From IMG/VR virus record IMGVR_UViG_3300049830_000142, positions 1-64,000 of that record: DNA of 64,000 bases, one strand, 5' to 3'. Numbering within the stretch: position 1 is the stretch's first letter; the number at the start of each line of letters is the position of its first letter. This document shows, one piece after another, positions 53,827 through 63,325 of the stretch. The DNA comes from a virus. Position numbers and translations under genes: made by a program. The notes beneath the pieces are model-generated. The model saw nothing but the letters and a program-made list of their open reading frames with translations, was not told where the DNA came from and searched no databases.

Positions 53827-55711
53827 AATCCTACTGAAACATTACAGTCCGGCGGCGACACACGCATTCCTAGATAGTAAGGAGCTTGACAAAAAGAACA
53901 TCGGAGCTTTCTTTGCTAACTTAGCTGAGAAGCATCCGGAGGAGTACATGAAGACTGTCTCTGACCTAACGAGACTAGGCTTCGAGTCAGCTACTAGATT
54001 AGGTAGCACAGTTAGACTAGGCGACCTTGCTCCCCCAGATTTCAAGGACGAGGAGTTCAAAAAACTTCACGCCGAGATCGCAGGTATTCAGGCTAAGAAA
54101 CTTACTAAGGTAAAACAGAATGACGAAATCATTACTGCCCTTAACAAGTTCTCAGGCGACATTGACAAAAGGTTAGTTGAGCATGGTGTCAAAGAAGGTA
54201 AGACATTGGCGAAGGTTGTTAGGGCCGGTGCTCGTGGTAGCCCATCCCAGTATCGTCAAACTATTTTTTCTCCCGTAGCTGTCAATGATAACAAGGGCAG
54301 CGTTCTTACTGATTTCGTAATCGACAGGTCTTTTGCTGAAGGCCTCACCTTACCACAATACTTGGCGCATACCTTCGGTGCTCGTCAAGCTTCTGCAGCT
54401 ACTAAACTAGCTGTTGCTGACGCTGGTTACTTAGGTAAACAATTGGCCAGAGCTGGTATGACGATGAAAGTCGAGATGCATGACTGTGGTACTGATAGTG
54501 GTATTGCAATCAAAGTCGAAGACAAAGATTACCTCGGTACTTATTTAGCCAAGGCGGTTGATAAATATAATCATAACAACGAAGTCACTTCTTCGATGTT
54601 AGCTGACCTCAAAACAAAAGGGGTTGCTGACATTATTGTCCGTAGTCCTATCACTTGCCAAGCTAGTCACGACTCTCATCCAGGTGCAGTATGCCAACTA
54701 TGCGCAGGTAGACGTGAAAAAGGATTACCTGAGATTGGATCTTTCTTAGGAGTTGTGGCTGGAACTACTTTAGCTGAACCGCTATCACAAGGTATGTTAA
54801 ACTCCAAACACTCTGGTGGTTCAGCGAGAACTGCTACGTCATTTGGCGGTTTCAAATACGTTAACCAACTATTCAACATACCTGACTCTTTTGTACATGA
54901 GGCTCCGCTAGCTAACCATGACGGTGTTATTGAAGAAGTCAGACCAGCTCCTCAAGGTGGTAACTATGTCGTAGTCAAACATGTTAACGGCAAGACTGAA
55001 GAACACTACGTTCATCCTGACCTCAACGTATTCATCAAACCTGGCACTGCTGTCGAAGCCGGTGATGTATTAAGTGATGGTATTCCTAATCCAGCCAAGA
55101 TCGTTAAACACAAAGGTATTGGTGAGGGTAGAGTCTACTTTGCTAACGCAGTAAAGAATACATTTGAAAACAGCCAGCTAGGTGGTATCAACAAACGTAA
55201 CTTTGACATCATCAGCAAAGGTATCATTACGCACGTCAAAATTACCAACCCTAAAGGGTTGGGCGACCACTTGCCAGATACTATCGTCAATTACCATAGT
55301 TTAGAGAAGGCTTATACTCCTAGACACGATAGCCGCAAAGTTAGAGTAGACCAGGCAAAGGGATTATACTTGGAAATTCCTGCATTACACTATACAATAG
55401 GTACTAAGCTAACAAGCCATATGATGGACAACCTAAAGAAGCATGGTGTATCATATGTGACAGTACACGATGACAGTCCTGGGTTTGAACCTGAGATGCA
55501 ACGTTTGCTAGATGTTCCAGCCCACGAGCATGATTGGATGCACGCGCTGTACAGCACAAATTTGGAACGCAGATTAGTTAAAGCAGTTAATACTGGAGCT
55601 TCAAGCAGTATTGCTGGCCCTTCGCCTATACCTGGCCTGGCTTATGCCGTCGGCTTTGGTAAGAAGTCTGAGGAAGTCGAGCAAACTGAAGAAGCCTTAA
55701 GTTTCGAATAA
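53801..55711 (+). CDS. RNA polymerase beta' subunit, C-terminal fragment
   Basis: TTVGK, GARGS, SFAEGL..GARQ..ADAGYL (bridge helix), HDCGT..CQLC (zinc), AEPLSQGMLNSKHSGG (trigger loop). Confidence 0.92.
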   Translation: MAYTTTVGKILLKHYSPAATHAFLDSKELDKKNIGAFFANLAEKHPEEYMKTVSDLTRLGFESATRLGSTVRLGDLAPPDFKDEEFKKLHAEIAGIQAKKLTKVKQNDEIITALNKFSGDIDKRLVEHGVKEGKTLAKVVRAGARGSPSQYRQTIFSPVAVNDNKGSVLTDFVIDRSFAEGLTLPQYLAHTFGARQASAATKLAVADAGYLGKQLARAGMTMKVEMHDCGTDSGIAIKVEDKDYLGTYLAKAVDKYNHNNEVTSSMLADLKTKGVADIIVRSPITCQASHDSHPGAVCQLCAGRREKGLPEIGSFLGVVAGTTLAEPLSQGMLNSKHSGGSARTATSFGGFKYVNQLFNIPDSFVHEAPLANHDGVIEEVRPAPQGGNYVVVKHVNGKTEEHYVHPDLNVFIKPGTAVEAGDVLSDGIPNPAKIVKHKGIGEGRVYFANAVKNTFENSQLGGINKRNFDIISKGIITHVKITNPKGLGDHLPDTIVNYHSLEKAYTPRHDSRKVRVDQAKGLYLEIPALHYTIGTKLTSHMMDNLKKHGVSYVTVHDDSPGFEPEMQRLLDVPAHEHDWMHALYSTNLERRLVKAVNTGASSSIAGPSPIPGLAYAVGFGKKSEEVEQTEEALSFE

Positions 55712-55712
55712 T

Positions 55713-57185
55713 ATGTCCTCAATCAACGATACTTGCAAGAACTGGTTAGATAAGCAAGGCTCAGCTTTTTCAGAAAGTTTCAAGGGCTTAGGCTCTCTCG
55801 CATTCAAGCATCTTAAGCAGTCACCTGGTTATGTTGCGAGCACAGCTAAGGTCGGTTTAGGCTTAGGCGTTGGAGCTGCGTTAGGTGAAACTGGTCTTAG
55901 AACTGCCAACAACTGGGCACATGGAGATCCTAGCTTAGGCGCACCAACTTCTACACAACATGCTTTAAGTAGCTTTTATGATAGTCTAGGTACTGGTGCT
56001 CATATTAATCCAGCCATTGCGGCTGTATCCAATAAAGTACTAGACTCAGTTGATGTAAATCCTAAAGCACAAGAATTTTTGTCAGCCGCAGCTAACATTA
56101 CCAATCCTGCTGTACGTAAAGTTTTGATGGGTGACGTTGTTAACGCAGCTGGGCAAGCCTCTGGAGCTGTTGCAGAAAATGTAGGCGGTACAGTAGGTAA
56201 CGCTTTAGGTCAAGGAGTGGGTCACGGTATGGCTGCTGGTTTCTGGGAGAACTTAAAGCATAATCCTATTCCTACTGTAACTGGTGCTGCAGCTGTTAGC
56301 GCAGGACCTTTGATAGCTTATGACATGTTGACTAAGAAGAGAAGACAACAAGAAGCTAAGCGTAATAAAGCAATTCTCCGTTATATCCTTCACCATGAAA
56401 AGGGTGGTTTACAAAAGTCCGGAAATATAGCGCAATCTATAGAATCTGGTGTGAAAGGAATAGCTAGTTCCCCTTTTTTCAAAAAGTTTGTTTATAGACC
56501 TACCGGCATCCCTGCTGATAAAGGTCATATAATGGATGCTTACATGGCCTTCAAAGGACACGTACCAGGTAAAGTAGCTGACAAACTTAAGGAATATCCT
56601 CAGACTCTTTTTAACAATACTGTAACGAGACATCCTATTTCAACTCTTGTAGGCGGTGGTGCAGGCGTTGGCTTTGCACAAACAATGGCTGAGTCTGCTA
56701 CTAAAGAGCGCGCCAATGATTACTCAACAGCTGGCGGTGCTTATGGGCATATGATTAAGAACATGACCGCTGTACCTGGATCGGTTGTTGAAGGTGTAGA
56801 GGGAGGCCTCATGCGTAGTTCAGCGTTACCTCGTGGAGATAAATCTCAATCAGTGGCTAAGATAAACGAGATAATTAGTAACTTTACTAATCCTAATAAA
56901 GATTACGCTTTACCACCGGTTGACCCTAGCTATCGCCCACCACACATGCAATTTTCTCCTGAGCAACTAGAACAGCTAAGAAATGCTGATTTAGGCTTAG
57001 GTGTTGATAAGGGTAAACCTTTAGGTTGGGGACCTTATGCTGCGCTCACCGGTTTGTTTGCAGCACCTGCAGCAGCTTACGGAACATACAAACACTTTGC
57101 AAACAAGAAGGTTGACAAAGCGGTTGACAAAGCTGATAGGATGCAAAATCAGTTAGAGCATGTTAACAAGCTAGTTGAAACATAA
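55713..57185 (+). CDS. probable virion protein, Gly/Ala-rich with hydrophobic segments
   Basis: LDKQG, LQKSG; multiple GxxxG stretches. Confidence 0.6.
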   Translation: MSSINDTCKNWLDKQGSAFSESFKGLGSLAFKHLKQSPGYVASTAKVGLGLGVGAALGETGLRTANNWAHGDPSLGAPTSTQHALSSFYDSLGTGAHINPAIAAVSNKVLDSVDVNPKAQEFLSAAANITNPAVRKVLMGDVVNAAGQASGAVAENVGGTVGNALGQGVGHGMAAGFWENLKHNPIPTVTGAAAVSAGPLIAYDMLTKKRRQQEAKRNKAILRYILHHEKGGLQKSGNIAQSIESGVKGIASSPFFKKFVYRPTGIPADKGHIMDAYMAFKGHVPGKVADKLKEYPQTLFNNTVTRHPISTLVGGGAGVGFAQTMAESATKERANDYSTAGGAYGHMIKNMTAVPGSVVEGVEGGLMRSSALPRGDKSQSVAKINEIISNFTNPNKDYALPPVDPSYRPPHMQFSPEQLEQLRNADLGLGVDKGKPLGWGPYAALTGLFAAPAAAYGTYKHFANKKVDKAVDKADRMQNQLEHVNKLVET

Positions 57186-57188
57186 CAA

Positions 57189-57217
57189 TTGCCTTACGTT
57201 CCATTATAATTTACTAT
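57189..57217 (+). promoter_or_regulatory. sigma70 promoter, leaderless
   Basis: TTGCCT-N17-TACTAT, then 6 nt, then ATG 57224. Confidence 0.6.
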
Positions 57218-57223
57218 TAGCAT

Positions 57224-59470
57224 ATGAACAGCCAGATTAAATTAGCTGCTGGAGATCAAGAGTTTGAGCAGGCCTTTTTTCAATTAGCCTATGACAAACT
57301 ACAAGGAAAACTAAGCAACCTAGTACCTTTCTTAGTAGGATTTCAGCTAGTCAAGAAGTCCGACAATGATACCAAAGCAGTCGGTGTATTCGGTTTTAAG
57401 AGCAACAATGGACAGATCCTATTTGTTCCTGCCTTCTTCGTGAATGGCAAGATCAAGGAGCTGGAAATCCTCTATAGCCGTAACAACAACCAGTTTTATC
57501 CGCTCAATGAAGATTTCGCTGAGCTCTTTTTGAAAGACGATGTTACCGGTATTGGTACTCCTAGTAACGAGAGAAAAGAAGATGTACAACGCGATATACC
57601 TAGCGCTAACATGCGCAAGATTATCTTCCCTCCTAGGACAGGTCGTGTTAGCTATGCTGAAGCCAAGGACTTGGATGAAAAGAATCCTGAAGTATTGTCT
57701 AAGGCTGCTGACTGTTTGTTAAGCAAGAAAAGCTATAACAAAGGTCCAGAGCTAATCGACTTCGTCAAATCAGCAGACAACAAGGTCAAGGAAGCGTTCT
57801 TCTTTATGTTAAACAAGAATGCTGAGTTTGCAGACGCTGTGCGCTCATTCTATCCTGACTCAGCTATCGCAGATTCTCTAACCGTAGCTCCTGTAATTAA
57901 GGAAGCCAAAGCTAAGAAGCTCAAAGTATATGACTTTGAAGCTGACACTGATCTCGACAAACTCCCAGCCTCTAATAAGAAAGAGTTAGTGACCAAAGGT
58001 GTTACTATCGTAGATAATAGGTTAGACGAGGATACTTCTAAGCTAGGTATCTTCAAAGTCAAAGAGTCATTTTCAAATCCTACTCAAACTGGATTCTATC
58101 CTTATATCACTGAGTTAGGAACTATCCGTTACGGTCTAGTATTAACAAATCTTTCAGCTTTCATGGGTGGCTATAACTATCCTAGAGCTATTGTAGTAGA
58201 CTTGCAATCTCCTCGCAAAGGCCAGGCTTACGAAGTTGAGTTATCAGGCATCTTCATCAAAGATCAGATCCACGTTAAAGATCTTTCAGACGCAATGAAG
58301 TTGTTAGAGGAGCCGGCTGAAGCATTGCCTAGTTACGAAGACTATATTCTCATTAACGAGAATTTGCATACTACAGAACCTTTCAGGATTATCGAGAACT
58401 ACAAAGACAGTTCAGGTGTCCGCAGAATCAAGATTGAACCTTCTTGGATGTGCGACGCTTCTCCTCGTCCTAATAGCTTTGATCCTAAGACTAAGGGTAA
58501 GCAGAACGAAGTAGTATTGGTTTTGACTAAGAAGGTTGGTGACAGACTTGAGCATCGTAACCATGCAGTCTACGTCCCTAAAAGTTTCAAGCTATTGAAG
58601 CTACACCTTAGCGACTACTACAGCCCTGAGATAGACTACAATCTCCCTAAAGATGAACGTGATAGGAAGCGTAGTACTATTGAAAAGGACAAGGCTGAAA
58701 TCAAAGCTGGTGCTCCTGGTGGCTTAAGCAGCCTAAATAGTTTCCTACACTCCAACAATACGTTCCCACTCACCATTCATACCAATGGTTCTGAGTACTT
58801 CCTTAACGTAAGTGGTGCTAAGGCTAAGTTTGAAAATCCTCTCGAAGCTAAGATCGCAATGGTCACTGAACTTGGTTTGAGAGAGAAGGATGCTGAAGCT
58901 GCTATCACTGATCTTATACCTAACAAAAAGAGAGACGGTATCGTTAAAGTTTCAGTAACTGGTGAAAATATTCTCAATTTACAAGACGAAACACCTGAGA
59001 ACAACGAGTTTGGACAACCCACTTACTACGGTACTCCTTGGGTAGACCAACATGACGCTTCAGATGGCTACGCTAAAGACCCGACAGAACAAGGTTTAGG
59101 TGTTAAACCAGATGACGCATCACTAAGCACTACTATTAGTCGTGCTGTTAACTTAGCACAACAAGGTCAGAAGGATGTGTTTGATACACAGACTATTGGT
59201 GCTTTGGCTAAGTATACAGACAGCAATAACAAGGTCTTGGAGTATGTACCTAGCTTCGTGTCTTCACTAGATAAACTTGGTCGTATGTTGTTTCTAGCTT
59301 ACTGGGACACTGATACTTTTGAAGACATGTATGGTAAAGACGAATTACCTGAGCTCATTGAGCTAGTCAAAAGCGTATTCAACAATTTAGGAGATCTCGT
59401 CATCTTCTTGAAACGTAAAGTTCCTGACTTGTCTATCAACGACAATGAACAGAGTAAGAACGACATCTAA
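57224..59470 (+). CDS. large phage protein, probably head-associated
   Basis: 748 aa, QIKLAA leader, GFQLV..AVGVFGF..VPAFFVNG N-terminal domain; located in the head-gene region. Confidence 0.55.
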   Translation: MNSQIKLAAGDQEFEQAFFQLAYDKLQGKLSNLVPFLVGFQLVKKSDNDTKAVGVFGFKSNNGQILFVPAFFVNGKIKELEILYSRNNNQFYPLNEDFAELFLKDDVTGIGTPSNERKEDVQRDIPSANMRKIIFPPRTGRVSYAEAKDLDEKNPEVLSKAADCLLSKKSYNKGPELIDFVKSADNKVKEAFFFMLNKNAEFADAVRSFYPDSAIADSLTVAPVIKEAKAKKLKVYDFEADTDLDKLPASNKKELVTKGVTIVDNRLDEDTSKLGIFKVKESFSNPTQTGFYPYITELGTIRYGLVLTNLSAFMGGYNYPRAIVVDLQSPRKGQAYEVELSGIFIKDQIHVKDLSDAMKLLEEPAEALPSYEDYILINENLHTTEPFRIIENYKDSSGVRRIKIEPSWMCDASPRPNSFDPKTKGKQNEVVLVLTKKVGDRLEHRNHAVYVPKSFKLLKLHLSDYYSPEIDYNLPKDERDRKRSTIEKDKAEIKAGAPGGLSSLNSFLHSNNTFPLTIHTNGSEYFLNVSGAKAKFENPLEAKIAMVTELGLREKDAEAAITDLIPNKKRDGIVKVSVTGENILNLQDETPENNEFGQPTYYGTPWVDQHDASDGYAKDPTEQGLGVKPDDASLSTTISRAVNLAQQGQKDVFDTQTIGALAKYTDSNNKVLEYVPSFVSSLDKLGRMLFLAYWDTDTFEDMYGKDELPELIELVKSVFNNLGDLVIFLKRKVPDLSINDNEQSKNDI

Positions 59471-59473
59471 TTT

Positions 59474-59776
59474 ATGACAAAATTACAAGAAGCTTTTTTG
59501 AATGGGTTTATCAAGGCCGCTGCAGGTGCTGGACCAGCCCCAATGCCTCCGCTAGGCTCACCAAATCAGCAACCAGGTCAACCACAGCCTATGCCGCAAC
59601 AAGGACAACCTGCACAGATGCCACAACAAGGTGGAATTACACCTATGCAGCAACCACAGCAAGCGGGCGGAAACAAAATGTTCTATCAGCTATTGAGTCA
59701 ATTTAAGCAGCAGAATCCTGTACCACAAGCGCCGCAAGCAGTTCCAAACCAACATTTGCAGCCTCAGATGGTCTAA
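59474..59776 (+). CDS. Gln/Pro-rich low-complexity protein with K-x-A leader
   Basis: AFLNGFIKAA followed by QQPGQPQPMPQQ tracts. Confidence 0.7.
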   Translation: MTKLQEAFLNGFIKAAAGAGPAPMPPLGSPNQQPGQPQPMPQQGQPAQMPQQGGITPMQQPQQAGGNKMFYQLLSQFKQQNPVPQAPQAVPNQHLQPQMV

Positions 59777-59785
59777 TGAAAAATT

Positions 59786-60862
59786 ATGTCTGCTCCTATA
59801 GTGCCAATAAGCAAAGTTGGTACGCCATTCCAAAGTCCTAATTGGCGTTATCAAGCTACGCTTAATCCTGAGAAATTTGGCTTTGAAAAATATTGTTCAA
59901 AACCAGATGAAGCTAACGCAGGAAACTTAAAGAGGCTTATAGTAAATGGTGTACAGCCGGTTGACGTTTACAAGCTGCCTGTTTACATTAGGCAAATCGA
60001 AGATCAGTTAACACCTGAGTTAAAGCAGGAGTTAGTTAAAGTCTGGAACAAGCATTATTTTCGACGCAGGGAACGAAAAGTAACTTTTAACGTAGCCGGG
60101 CATCGTGGCTTGTTGAACTGGAACGTAAAGGGAATAAAAAAGATAAACGATGATTACTTTAGAAGGTTGATCGCTCATTGCTTTAACATTGAAGGCAACG
60201 AGTATATTTCGGATGCTATAAAATTTTACAAGAATCCGGGCAACGTCATGAACTGTAAGTGGATGAACTACAGTATCTATGGTGGTAAGACTGACGATGA
60301 ATTAGCGTTGCAATGGCACAAACCTAAGGCGTTCATAGAAGCTCTTAGGATGATCTTTTTTGATTACTCCGGTTGGCCTAAGGATAAGTTAGTACAATAC
60401 AGCTGCCTTAGACAATTGGTTTGTAACAAGGAAATTGATGACCAAGATTATCATGCTTTCAAGAGAATTTACGATTTAGGTGACTTAGGATTAAGAAGTA
60501 TCCTAGGCCATCAAGTCCTGGACGAAAAAGAACGTGAAACGGTGAAGCTGTATTTGTCTGGTGCTGGCATCGATAACTTGATGGATCAGCGTTTTGCTAT
60601 CACTAACTTGAAAGAGTCTATCAGCTTTAACAGGTCTGTGGCTGAATTGGCTAACGTAAGCATAAACAGGATTGAGGCTGAACAAAGAGCCAATATCATG
60701 AACTTGACCTCTCAACGTATGCAAAAGGAGTTGGGTATCAATGACAATGATAAGCTGGCATTCGAGGATACAGCTCTCTTAACCAGTATGCGAGAGATGA
60801 TGATGATTGACAAACCAGGCAGTTATCCTAAGTTTATCGACGTAATTGAAGTCAAGCCGTAA
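59786..60862 (+). CDS. hypothetical protein
   Basis: 358-aa ORF in the operon. Confidence 0.7.
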   Translation: MSAPIVPISKVGTPFQSPNWRYQATLNPEKFGFEKYCSKPDEANAGNLKRLIVNGVQPVDVYKLPVYIRQIEDQLTPELKQELVKVWNKHYFRRRERKVTFNVAGHRGLLNWNVKGIKKINDDYFRRLIAHCFNIEGNEYISDAIKFYKNPGNVMNCKWMNYSIYGGKTDDELALQWHKPKAFIEALRMIFFDYSGWPKDKLVQYSCLRQLVCNKEIDDQDYHAFKRIYDLGDLGLRSILGHQVLDEKERETVKLYLSGAGIDNLMDQRFAITNLKESISFNRSVAELANVSINRIEAEQRANIMNLTSQRMQKELGINDNDKLAFEDTALLTSMREMMMIDKPGSYPKFIDVIEVKP

Positions 60863-60921
60863 CCTTAATGAATTGACTAGGATAGTCAGACATATTAACA
60901 TAGTAGTAATAAATACATTTT

Positions 60922-62310
60922 ATGGAAACACCAGACTCATTAGTAAAACACGCTGTTCAAGAGATTGTCCAGGAGATTAATAGTGGACTATCACCACAAG
61001 CAGCTACGACTAAGGTAGCCAAGGTTCTTGAGCTCAAGCCTAATTTTATTAAGCGCAGCTGCGAAGCTATCAACGTCGCGTTGCACCACAACCATTTTAA
61101 GAATCACCCGAACGAAAAAGCGGCCGATTTCGATACTGTTGACTCTCAGCAAATCATCGACGAAGTTTATTCCACTAAAGAGAAGACTGCTTCTGAATTC
61201 CGTTCAGAGTTATTTTCTTCTTTTCAAATACCTGAGACCGCTCCTAAGTTCTCCCGTTATTTAGAAGCCGGACCTCACAAAGAAGCTTTCGCCAAATTTG
61301 TGTCTGCACCAGATGCAGGCAAGACTCCTATGAGTGAAAAGGGAGTTTATAACAAAGCTGCTAACTACATCAAGGATTTGAAAAAGACGGCTTACGACGC
61401 TGAAGGTGCTAAGCTTGGAGCTAAGTTTGAGGTTGAACAAAGTTTCTGTAACATCTTGAGAAAGTTTGCCGAAGACCCAGCCTACCGTTCTAGTTGGGAT
61501 CAATTTGAGACTAGTGTATTTGCTAAGCACGGCAGTGTTTCCACAGGCTATCTAGATTTGCTTTACAAAACCGCTAAGCTAAATGAAGAGCGCGGTAAGC
61601 AAGATTCAACCATTAAGCTAGCATCACTCTGCAAAGAAGTTGAGCTATTTACGAAGTTCCTAGATAAGGTTGCAGCACTCAAGGAAGCTACCGCAGCTTC
61701 AGAAGATGCAGCATATAACCTTAAGTATGAAGAAGACTATCTTAGAGACGCATTTCATAATCGTGGCTGTGAGCTGAACAAGTCTGCGTTCTCTGATGAC
61801 TCTTTGCTTGAAAAGGTTGAGAAGTCAATAAAAGCTGAACGTAGAAAGATTGCTGAAGTAAACCAGCAAGATCCTGTACTCCTTTACATCGCTGAAAAGA
61901 AAGCTGGTGTCGAGACTGAGTTTGATGGCCGTATCAAGTCTGCCATTGATTTGGTGGACATGGTAAAAGGTCCTATAGGTGGCGTAGCTAAGCCAAACCT
62001 AAGCGCTAGCACAAACACACCTGACGCAAACCGTGAACGTGCTTTAATGTTGCAGGAGTTGGTATCTACCGATCCTATCATCAGTAAATTTCCTACACAT
62101 CACGTTGTAGATGCTTATCAGCAGATGCTAAGGATTGCTCCAGAACTAAGTAGTGAAAGAGAAGTCACTCGTGCATTCTTAAGGCAGGCTGGTGCTACAC
62201 AAGCTATCGATCCGTTCCAAGCTGAGCAGTTGATTAAGGCTAACACTTCATTGTTTAAGCAACATCAACTACAAAAAGGAATTCAACCGTCACCTGAGAA
62301 AATAAGCTAA
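60922..62310 (+). CDS. probable head protein with multiple K-x-A motifs
   Basis: VKHA, EKTA, KKTA, IKLA, NKSA, KKAG; helical. Confidence 0.6.
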   Translation: METPDSLVKHAVQEIVQEINSGLSPQAATTKVAKVLELKPNFIKRSCEAINVALHHNHFKNHPNEKAADFDTVDSQQIIDEVYSTKEKTASEFRSELFSSFQIPETAPKFSRYLEAGPHKEAFAKFVSAPDAGKTPMSEKGVYNKAANYIKDLKKTAYDAEGAKLGAKFEVEQSFCNILRKFAEDPAYRSSWDQFETSVFAKHGSVSTGYLDLLYKTAKLNEERGKQDSTIKLASLCKEVELFTKFLDKVAALKEATAASEDAAYNLKYEEDYLRDAFHNRGCELNKSAFSDDSLLEKVEKSIKAERRKIAEVNQQDPVLLYIAEKKAGVETEFDGRIKSAIDLVDMVKGPIGGVAKPNLSASTNTPDANRERALMLQELVSTDPIISKFPTHHVVDAYQQMLRIAPELSSEREVTRAFLRQAGATQAIDPFQAEQLIKANTSLFKQHQLQKGIQPSPEKIS

Positions 62311-62312
62311 TT

Positions 62313-62678
62313 ATGGCAAAGCTACGTATTTTACAGACAATAGTTAACGAGAACTTTAACTTCGTCTTTACTATCGACACTGATAGCATTGGCGATGATG
62401 ACTTTGCTCGTGTAAAGAAGTTTGGTGCACCTAGTATTAACTTTGGCGGTGCCTTCACTAACGGTACTCAGTCATATACTTTGCCTGATGCGTTCTACGA
62501 TTTCCCTGGTGACTTCCCTGTAAATGTATCATTCTCAGGTACTACACCATTTAACACTGCGGTAGAAGCTAACCTAGATTTGTACAGGACAACGATGACA
62601 ACTAGAATCACTACTGCTATCACTACACTAAGAGGTTTGTCAGATGGCTTCACTGGTGAATTTATTACCAATATTTAA
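62313..62678 (+). CDS. probable structural protein
   Basis: 121 aa, Thr/Phe-rich beta-type sequence. Confidence 0.55.
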   Translation: MAKLRILQTIVNENFNFVFTIDTDSIGDDDFARVKKFGAPSINFGGAFTNGTQSYTLPDAFYDFPGDFPVNVSFSGTTPFNTAVEANLDLYRTTMTTRITTAITTLRGLSDGFTGEFITNI

Positions 62679-62680
62679 TT

Positions 62681-63322
62681 ATGCCAATGGATCAATCAAC
62701 ACAACATTTACTAAGTGGCTTACTAACTGACGCTGGCATTGGTGCTGGTGTAGGTGCGGCAGGTATGGGTGCTGCTGAAGCACTTTCACCTGAACAAGAA
62801 GGTCACAAGAAGAGCATTCTAAAAAGCATGCTATTAGGTGGTGCAATGGGAGGTCTTACTGGTGCTGGTACAAGAGCTTTTGCCGATACTGTAAGCCCCG
62901 ATCTTCAACACGATCCTCGTACTATGCTAGCTTCAATGTTTGAAAACAAACAGGCTCCTGCTCCAGAAGAACACAGTATCATCGGTAACCTAGGTAATGC
63001 GGCAGCTGGACATCCGGCTATTGCAGGTTTAACTGGTGGTGTATTAGGCGGTGGTCTATCTGCTTATCGTAAGAGCGGTATTAACAAAGAAATGGTTGCA
63101 GGTGGTCAGGTGCCTAAGAGTTTACAAGACTACATCAACACTCCAAGAGGTTTACGCTTAGGGCGTTTCCCAACTATGCATCCAGCATCTCACGGTGCTT
63201 TAGCAGGTGTAGGTACTTATGCTGTAAGCAAGCTTCTAAACCAGAATGAAGTAAACAAAGATTTGTACAGCAAGGTAAACAATCCTAATGCTTTGAGTGA
63301 ACACCTCAGTCAACCACAGTAA
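62681..63322 (+). CDS. glycine-zipper protein
   Basis: AGIGAGVGAAGMG; LLGGAMGGLTGAG; GLTGGVLGGGL. Confidence 0.65.
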   Translation: MPMDQSTQHLLSGLLTDAGIGAGVGAAGMGAAEALSPEQEGHKKSILKSMLLGGAMGGLTGAGTRAFADTVSPDLQHDPRTMLASMFENKQAPAPEEHSIIGNLGNAAAGHPAIAGLTGGVLGGGLSAYRKSGINKEMVAGGQVPKSLQDYINTPRGLRLGRFPTMHPASHGALAGVGTYAVSKLLNQNEVNKDLYSKVNNPNALSEHLSQPQ

Positions 63323-63325
63323 CCT

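Noticed and set aside
22176-55711. Split inteins or group I/II introns joining the RNAP fragments
   Set aside because: No C/S-start or HN-end intein motifs at fragment termini, and no intron-like structured sequence at the boundaries.
57224-59470. Calling this the portal or major capsid protein
   Set aside because: No diagnostic motif is recognisable by eye; it needs a profile or structure search.
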